In this document: positions 54,410 through 64,000 of the stretch, one piece after another | How the letters are laid out: every line of letters begins with the position of its first letter | How positions within the stretch are numbered: position 1 is the stretch's first letter | Assembly: GCF_009914755.1 (NCBI RefSeq) | Contig: NC_060933.1 | Reading direction: 5' to 3' (one strand) | DNA: 64,000 nucleotides | From: the human T2T-CHM13v2.0 reference genome, Homo sapiens | The notes under the pieces: model-generated | Seen by the model: only the letters and a program-made list of their open reading frames with translations | What the model was told of the DNA's origin: nothing | Databases searched by the model: none | Translations under genes and position numbers: made by a program

Positions 54410-55068
54410 GGTTTTATGGTTTCATGGATCCTACCTCACATCCTGGTCACACCCTTAAGTTCTGTGCTCATTCTCAACCTCACTTATTCTTCATCAATTC
54501 CTGTCCTTCCTACCGTGTAGTGAGAAACAGATGGCATTTGAGAATCAATTATTAGAAATCCATTATTTTGAAAGTTTTCATAGTTAAATTTTTCAATCTT
54601 ATTTTATTAATAATATTAAAACATACTCAACTACTCCATATTTTATTTAATGTATACATCAAATTTCACCATTGCTAAGTAGGGAGAAAGGGGGAGAAGA
54701 GCTAGGCACTGTTTGAAATGTTTTAATTCATTCCATCTCATGCTACCCTTACCCCATAATCTTCCTTTATATGTAATTGACTCTAACTAACAACAGTGCC
54801 TTCAGGAGATGAAGGTTATATCCAGAATAGGCAAGGGATGAGGACAGCCAGGGAAAGTCACTAAAAACAACTATCCCAGGTCATGGTAATTCCTGGAGCT
54901 GAATTATCCTAGCTAAAGGTGCACTGGCCCCCAGACTGCTGGAGCTGGGATGGCAGGCAAATCACTGAATCCATTGTCTTCCATTCTTCCATATTTATTA
55001 AGGATCTGCTCTTCACTAGGCACTACCCTGAATACTGGGAATAGACTGGTGAAAAATATACACTAGAC

Positions 55069-56481
<1,413 letters not shown>

Positions 56482-57234
56482 CACAAGGCTCTTTTGCTCA
56501 TGGAAACTCTGATTCTATAATGGTGAGGAAGGGTTGTTGATGAACATTGAACACGTAAACAGTGACACAAAAAATATAATTTTGGAAAGTGATAAATACT
56601 ATGATGTTAATCAAATGAGAAGCTAAAAGAGAAAAAAAATGAAGGGCAAGGGACAATCTTTGATTGGATGTTGAGATAGCACCTCTGAGAAAGGATATTT
56701 GAATGATGGGAAGAAGCCAGCCATATAATGCTCTGGGGGAGAAGAATTCTGTGTGGTAGGAAGAGCAACCACTGAGGCCCTGACTACAGGCAAATTTGGT
56801 AGATTTGCAGAACAAAAAGAAGGCCAGTATGACTGGGGTCACAGGGAGAGGGAGATAGGAAAGGATTCTAAAGTCAGAGTAGACCACCAGATGGTAAATT
56901 AGGTGGTGGTCGTTTAGAATAGGCAAACTGTTTGGATTTTATTCAGGTTCGTAGAAACAAGAAAACTGAGATTTGGTGAGGTGAAATGACTTGCTGGATT
57001 TTACATAGTTTGGTAGCTGCAGAGATGAAAGCCCAGTCTGGGATTCTTCAGTGTTCACTACCTTTATTATTCCTGCAGTACTCGTATTGACATATTTACC
57101 TGCTTAAAAATAACAATCACTTCAGCAAGCATCTCTTGACCCATTTTTTTTTAAGTTTCTGAGCTGCAGAAGTTCTTTAGTATCAATTGATCTGTTCTTG
57201 TGCTATTTGACAGAGCAAAGTCTTGGCAGTCCTT

Positions 57235-57600
57235 AGGCAAAGAAGCACTCTTGGAAAAGCGCAGGTGCTGTTGGAAGCACAGAGGGCATGTAAATCAGTA
57301 AGTGGCATTAGGCTATCATTCATCAACTGGAGTCTGTTCTGAGTGCTAAGTGACACTGCCCTCTGAAGATACATACCAGCCTATGCTGGAGCTGTAAATC
57401 TAAGGCCATGCTCTCTTATAATTATCAAAGATCCCCTGGCAATTTTTGCAAGAGAAGAGGTGTTAAGTCCAATGCCCTGGCCCAAATCCAACCCAGGAAA
57501 TTACTTTTTGCCTACCTAAATTGCACTTAGACTTCAATTTGAAATTAATTCTCAAGTTCTTCCTTGAAAACTATTTCTGGTGTAGTGCTGCTGCAGTAAC
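57235..57600 (+). mobile_element. AmnSINE1-like ancient Deu-domain SINE
   Basis: AAAGATCCCCTGGCAATTTTTGCAAGAGAAGAGGTGTTAAG...CCTGGCCCAAATCCAACCCAGGAAATTAC...TGCCTACCTAAATT...TGTAGTGCTGCTG matches the recalled AmnSINE1 core. Confidence 0.75.
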
Positions 57601-57992
57601 AGGTCCCATTGTGTGTGAGAATTTCTTCCTCCTCCTAGCCTTCTCCTCAGCCTCTTTCCCTAACCTAATCCCCAAAATGCATGCATTTCACCAGCTTGGA
57701 ATGATAGGTTGGATACCTATCATTGTTGATTGGAATGATTATTTGGGTACATCCACCACTCTCTCTGTGCAACAAAGTGAGGCAAATACCCATAATACTG
57801 TGTATTCTTGGAAATAAGTTAAACTTCCTTCTATCCCCAGAACTCTCAGCCACAACATTACCTGCCTTGAGACCATTAGGGTTAAATCATTAAGCTTTTT
57901 ATTTCTGTTTACATCAGTTACCATAAGAAGCCAGGATGCCCCAGTCATGCCTTTTCTCCTGGATTTATATTCCCAGTCTCTATCTCTCTCTT

Positions 57993-57994
<2 letters not shown>

Positions 57995-58055
<61 letters not shown>

Positions 58056-58066
58056 TACACAACACA
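57995..58066. repeat. (CA)n microsatellite
   Basis: About 23 perfect units plus an imperfect tail. Confidence 0.98.
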
Positions 58067-58246
58067 CTTACATGGAGTTCAGGACTCTTTATCTCTTTTT
58101 ACTGCACTGTCAAGTTTTTTTTCTTCTTCAAAGTACTTCTTGCCATCTAACACATTACACACTTCAATCATTTATTCCCCCAATGTAGAAAATAAGAACT
58201 ATAACGAAAATTGTTTTTGCCTCTTTTGCTTATTGGCCATAACTAT

Positions 58247-58293
58247 AAAGTAATTGCAGGTCCTGCCATTACTTTTTATGCACCAACCTAATA
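58247..58293. mobile_element. MADE1 (Hsmar1 MITE) fragment
   Basis: AAAGTAATTGC...TGCCATTACTTTT...TGCACCAACCTAATA. Confidence 0.7.
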
Positions 58294-58362
58294 AGTACTA
58301 AAAGCAGCACCTGGCATGCAGTAGGTGCTCAATAAATATTTGTTGAAAAAAAACAAACTGTT

Positions 58363-58758
<396 letters not shown>

Positions 58759-60744
58759 TTATTCATTCATTCACTTGATGAACATTTGCTAGTGCCTGTT
58801 GTATCAGAAAAGTGCAACATTAGGAAGATGAACAGACATATCCTCAAGCCCTTAATCTAGATAAGAAAAAAACATATGTACAGAGCTAACTAAAGAACTA
58901 ACTATAAACTAGTGAGATAAAAGCCATCTCCTGAGCTAGGTTTGGGGATGGTAAAGGCTGTGGAATTATGACTGCATACTATTCATGGATAGGCTCTATT
59001 TGATATATTTTTCTTAGAATTTAATAGTGGGAACAAATCTTATAAAGAAATGTACAATTTTTCTTTTTATCAGAGAAGAGTGATCTCTATCGTGTTTTCT
59101 TTATAGCTGTAGAGGATAGTCAATGAAAATCTAAATGTAATAATCCATTGCAGTTAAAATTGCATCTGGCAGATTTGTCTGACTTCTCCTACTTTATATG
59201 ATTTCTGATTTCCTTTTCTATCTGTGTTTTAATTGTTCTGTCATAAGTGTATTTGTTGTTGTTTAACCCTTCTTAAATTCTTTATGGTATTAGTAATGTA
59301 TAGATAATAAATGTACCTTAATAGATACAGGTACTGGAGATGAAATAGATTACTCTGCTGACCCATGCTGAAAATGTTAAATATATAAAGATCAAAGGTG
59401 CTGTGCCTACAATCTAAGCCCCACGCCACTGTCTAATAACCAAGGTGTCTGTGCTTTCACACCAATCTTTTGCATATGCACATCTACAGATATATGATGA
59501 ATTTATATGCCACTGTTCTACCTAGAGACAGCTCTTAGTGTTTATTTTAAACGATTTTATGCACAAGCAAATGCTACCAGTTGTGGAGAAAGAGGAACTG
59601 TAATATAATTTACTTCACATGACAACCCAGGAATGGCCTTGTGTCTCAACTTCTGCAAATGACCTTATTGTTTCTAACTCACTGTGGTGGGCTTTTTTTA
59701 TATTAGTGTCATCTATGCCAACATTTAACCTTCTTAATTTTAATTTATTTTCCTTTTTAAAATTTACATTAATTTTGCTGTACTTTATATGTTCCAGTAA
59801 GCTAACTTAAACACATTCCGAAACTAGAAGGGAAATAAACATATGAGTAAATAATCAAGTAAATAAAGCTTTATAAAATAATAGTACCTAAAACCATGTC
59901 TACACACTGAAATACACAGTAAGAAAGAACAAAACTTCCAAGGTCAAACCCTAGACCTACTGAATCTGGAACTTCTGTGATCAGGACTGGAAATCTGTAT
60001 TTCCAGACATAAAATATGTATAATATATAGGGATGTATATGCTCCCTGGGTGATTTGAATCCCAGCAAGAATCATCACTCTAATCTATGGGTGTGAGAAA
60101 TATCCCTTTGTTTCACTATAAATTCATCCTTATTCTACTTTTACTCAAATGGGTATCAACCAACCCATAACCAATCTGTGGGTGTAACAGTCATAATTGT
60201 GCATGTTTCTGCAAGTCCAAGTTGCTCAGGCTTAAATAACATCATAACCCTTGTTGGCTTGCATTGGCTAATACTTTAACACAATGTTTATCAATAATTC
60301 TTGGCCGTGGGAAAATGTCCATGGCATTTTCCCATTAGAACTAGTTTTATTTCTCTGTTTATCTAAATCTACCTAGATATGAATATAATTATAGGTACAG
60401 ATATATTAATTGTGTTGAGATGGTATTCGTAAATTTCTATTTTCATCGAGCATTTTTTCCATCAGGGATTTTGGTCAAATTTTGTTGGACTTTCTGCCAG
60501 CATCTAGAGAGATTATCATATGATTTCTTTTTAGCCATAACTATGGTAAATATAAGAATTTTTTTTCTGAACTGTTCCTACATTTCTAGAAAAATCCACT
60601 TGTTCACAGTGCATTATTTTTCAATGTTTTTGGATTCTATTTGATAATATTTTATTTTAAATTTTTGCATTGATACATCTAAGATTGGTCTACAGATTTG
60701 AAAGTGTGTGTGTGTGTGCGTGTGTGTGTGTGTGTGCATGCCAA

Positions 60745-61790
60745 CTTTATCTCTTCTAAAGCCAGCATCTAATTTAATGGGAAAGCACTAGAAATATTTT
60801 CCTAAAGTCAAGAAAAGGGAAGAATACCGACTACCTTTACTGCTGTATAAAATATTAGAGGTGTGAGAATTGGAAAAGAAATAAAACTATTTCTATTTGT
60901 ACATGATATGACAGTATACCTGGAAAATCCTTGAGAATAAATAATGCAATTCATATAACCAATAAACAAACCAATAAATAGTATACTGTAAAGTTATCAA
61001 AAAATCCATAGCCTTAGTATCTACAAACTATAATCATGTAGAAGATACATTAAATCCTATAGCATATTAGTGACAAAATTGGTAGAAACAAAATTAGCAT
61101 AAAATAGACAAAAGCTATAAGAGATGAACTTCAAAATATCTTTGAAAGACACAAAACTATCCTAGAAAAAATAGAGATCTTATCTTTGTGGGCAGTGCCA
61201 CGAGTTAATATATAAATTTAATCCAATCTCAGGTATTTGTTTTGTTTTTGGGGGGGACTAGACAAATTGATTATAAAGTTCACATAGAAGATAAACTTAA
61301 AAACTTTGTTGGAAAAATCTTGAAAAAGGGCGAGAGAGCAATGAGGGAAGCTAGTCATATCAGATATTAAGTGATACTACAAAGCCCCTTATAATAAAAA
61401 CAGTGTGGTATTGGTGCTTAAACAAACATAACAATGAACATAAAAGAAGATATATAGACCCATTCTAGTTAGTGTTAATGAAAGTGTCATCAGAAATTAT
61501 TGAAATAGAAGAAAAATGAATTTATACCTCATACCATACACCAGAATGAACTACTAATCCATCAGGGATCTACATGTAGAAAACAAAACCATAAAAGTAC
61601 TACAAGAAAACATTAATTTACTCCTTTATAATCTAGATGTGTGGAAAGCCTTTCTAGCTATACCAAAACAAATACATAAACAAACGAAAAACAGACAATA
61701 AGAGAAAAGGTTGCCTAACTCAATTAAATATTAATTTAAATTAATGACATGAGAAAGAACACAATAAGCAAAATAAAAAGACAAGAGAAG
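60745..61790 (+). mobile_element. Old L1M ORF2 fragment; an antisense L1 piece lies at ~60400-60700, separated by (TG)n 60704-60737
   Basis: GATATGACAGTATACCTGGAAAATCC, AAAACAGTGTGGTATTGG, TACCTCATACCATACACCAGAATGAAC. Confidence 0.8.
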
Positions 61791-62689
61791 TGTTAGGGGA
61801 CAGCTTCCCTGCCCTGTTGCCTGCTGGCCTCTGGAACCCTGGATGGAAAAAACACAATTTTGGCAGTGACAGATGACATACCACGACAATTGTTAAGCAT
61901 TTTGAGGATCACACTTGAGGACAGAGGTTACTTCTTGGAATATGTAGAAAGATGCAACAGAGAGAACACGCCCTAGTGGGCTTCTAAAGAACTAAAAATA
62001 TTTTATTCATAAACCTGTATAATAGTTGGTCAGGTGTTTGGTTTCTTGTGTTTGTATAAAGTGTACACATACATTTCACATTGTCTTCTGTGGCTAGGTT
62101 ATAGTTCACAAAAATAAACACCAGTAAGAAACTATCTTCACATTCTCTATTTCTTGTTAATGAATTACACTTCCTCTTTTTATTTACTGACACAGATACA
62201 TTCAACCAAGTATCAAATGTTTAATCAAAAAATCCTATTATTAAACTGTATATACATAATAAACCCAATTCTTAAAAATATTCTTGTCTAGAAATAACTG
62301 AAAGGAAATACTTTGTAATATTTTTCACATCTCCTATAATGAATATGTATGTCTTTTATAATTGTGAAAAATGATATGTATCTAAAAGTACTAACAAAAA
62401 TAACTGTAGTAAGAACTGTAGAGAAAACTGGTTTTAAGAGATTGGAATTTGCTGTCAAAAAGACAAAAAGGAATTTTCCCATCTCACATTGACTCTGAGC
62501 TCCCATAGTTGAAAGAAAGATATCACCCAGGAAGAGAACAAGAAAAATAAATATTTTAAAGTAACTCACTGTAAAGAGTTTTTCTCATACATATTGTTGT
62601 ATTTCATCAACACCAGAGTTCTCTTAGGTTGGCAGAGCAGAAAATGTACTGATAGGTGATTCGATAAAACTCGTACTTATTGGACCCCT

Positions 62690-62895
62690 GTTGAGTTCCA
62701 GACACATTCCCAGGCTTTGATATTATCTCATTATTCCTCTCAGCAATCCTGGGAAGTAGGTGGCATTTTCCTATTTTATGCATGAAAAAATCGAGGATTA
62801 AAGGGGTTAAGAATTGTGCCTTAGGTCACACAGCTGCTAAATAGCAGAGCCAGAATTTGAATCTCAATCTGAAGCCAAATGCCACGCTCCTTTCT
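62690..62895 (-). mobile_element. MIR SINE
   Basis: CCTATTTTATGCATGAAAAAATCGAGG...AGGTCACACAGCTGCTAAATAGCAGAGCCAGAATTTGAA. Confidence 0.8.
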
Positions 62896-63692
62896 TAAAG
62901 CTCTTCGTTGCGCTACAACCAGAACGAACATGAGCCTTTGGATTCTCAATCTTGTATTTTCTCTACATTGTGCTGACTCCCTGCAGAGCTAAGATAATGC
63001 TCTTAGAAGCATCTTTAATGGTTGTTTTGACACCCTTGTTTAACAGAATTTTCTTCAGACTAAACATTCTTGGCAAGGCAGTGGTTCACCCAAGTGCTTT
63101 GTTAATTTTAAAGTGCAATAAAAAACGGAAGCCCTTATTATGGGGAGGTGGTGCAGTGCAATGGAAGGAACACTTGGCCCAGAGTCCGAAGTTCCGCTTC
63201 AGAATCCCTACTTCTGCCAGCTCACTTGGAATGGCATAGGGTGAATTAACAGCTGAGCTTGTCTGACTGGCCTGCCCACTAGCCATCTTCATATCTCTCT
63301 CCCTTCTTCTCTCCCTTACGGGGTTATGAGTGTAATTGGTGTAATAAATAGCTTTGACTGCATAGGAAACAGATTTATTTTTTTCTTTTCATCACGGCCT
63401 CCTGGTTTGCTCTTTTGAACTTCCTTTTCGTAGCCCTTGATAACACTTGGCATAGGTTCTATAAAGAACTGATAGCTTTTGGTATAAGAACAGTCTCATC
63501 TTGGAATTGTTAATACTGAAATAGGAAAAAGCTTTGATCCAGTCTCAAAACTTTCAGTTTTTATCCATTTCAAGGCTTCTCTCTTTGATACCATTTGGCT
63601 GCTCAACTTCTCCCTTGCCTTTCTGCCCACCCCTCTGAAGGCAGGGATTAGAGAGGAGAACTCAAGGGAAAAGCCAAAGTCTTTTCACTTAC

Positions 63693-64000
63693 TGGGTACC
63701 ATCTTTGGGATGGCATCCTTCTCCTGTGGGCAGCTGTCTGGGTTCTTCGGAATGGTCACTCCCTTCACACGTCCCTCTTGTGAATATGTTTTACAGCTCA
63801 TCTCCTCAGATGCCCTCTTCAGCTTCACATCACTGAGCAACTCCTTGTACTCAATTCTTACGGTTGGAGTCCTCCTGAGGGGGTCATCAACAAGATGGCT
63901 CCAGGCGGGCTCCTTGCTACAGGTCACTTGAGCTCATGAGAAACTCCTGGGTCGTGTCTCGTCAGAAGGTGACGGTGGAGTCTACTCTTCTTCACTCTCA
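63693..64000 (-). pseudogene. Candidate upstream exon of fossil gene (5' boundary at or beyond the window end)
   Basis: GC-richer, apparently unique block; 78 open codons ...HLVDDPLRRTPTVRIEYKELLSDVKLKRASEEMSCK...IPKMVP ending at phase-1 donor CCA|GTAAGT. Confidence 0.55.

Noticed and set aside
56498-56926. 142-aa minus-strand ORF (also 45068-45432)
   Set aside because: Lies in L2 remnants; no protein-like motif
60400-61790. Twin-primed inverted L1
   Set aside because: Fragments are too decayed and no TSD is visible; they may be independent insertions

Overview
AT-rich primate (very probably human) non-coding DNA with no intact protein-coding gene, RNA gene or CRISPR array. A large fraction is interspersed repeats: 7 Alus including one very young AluY, a long decayed L1M and other L1 fragments, L2/MIR, MaLR/ERVL/ERV1 LTRs, and hAT/Tc-mariner MITEs. 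There is one clear processed KRT18 pseudogene (minus strand, ~55.07-56.48 kb). Three things are not explained by routine annotation. (1) A chain of minus-strand exon-like segments (63693+, 53483-53577, 53305-53396, 50216-50277, 48425-48483, 43095-43190, 42774-42986, 37468-37521, 28986-29432) has mostly compatible splice phases and reconstructs an EF-hand loop across one junction; this looks like the fossil of a multi-exon gene (candidate unitary pseudogene, possibly still partly spliced). (2) A 161-bp inverted, gap-free copy of nearby unique sequence sits inside an ERV1 LTR (templated insertion). (3) An AmnSINE1-like ancient SINE and an ERV-L dUTPase remnant are present. Repeat family names come from recalled consensus sequences, not database searches; repeat boundaries are approximate unless a target-site duplication (TSD) is given.
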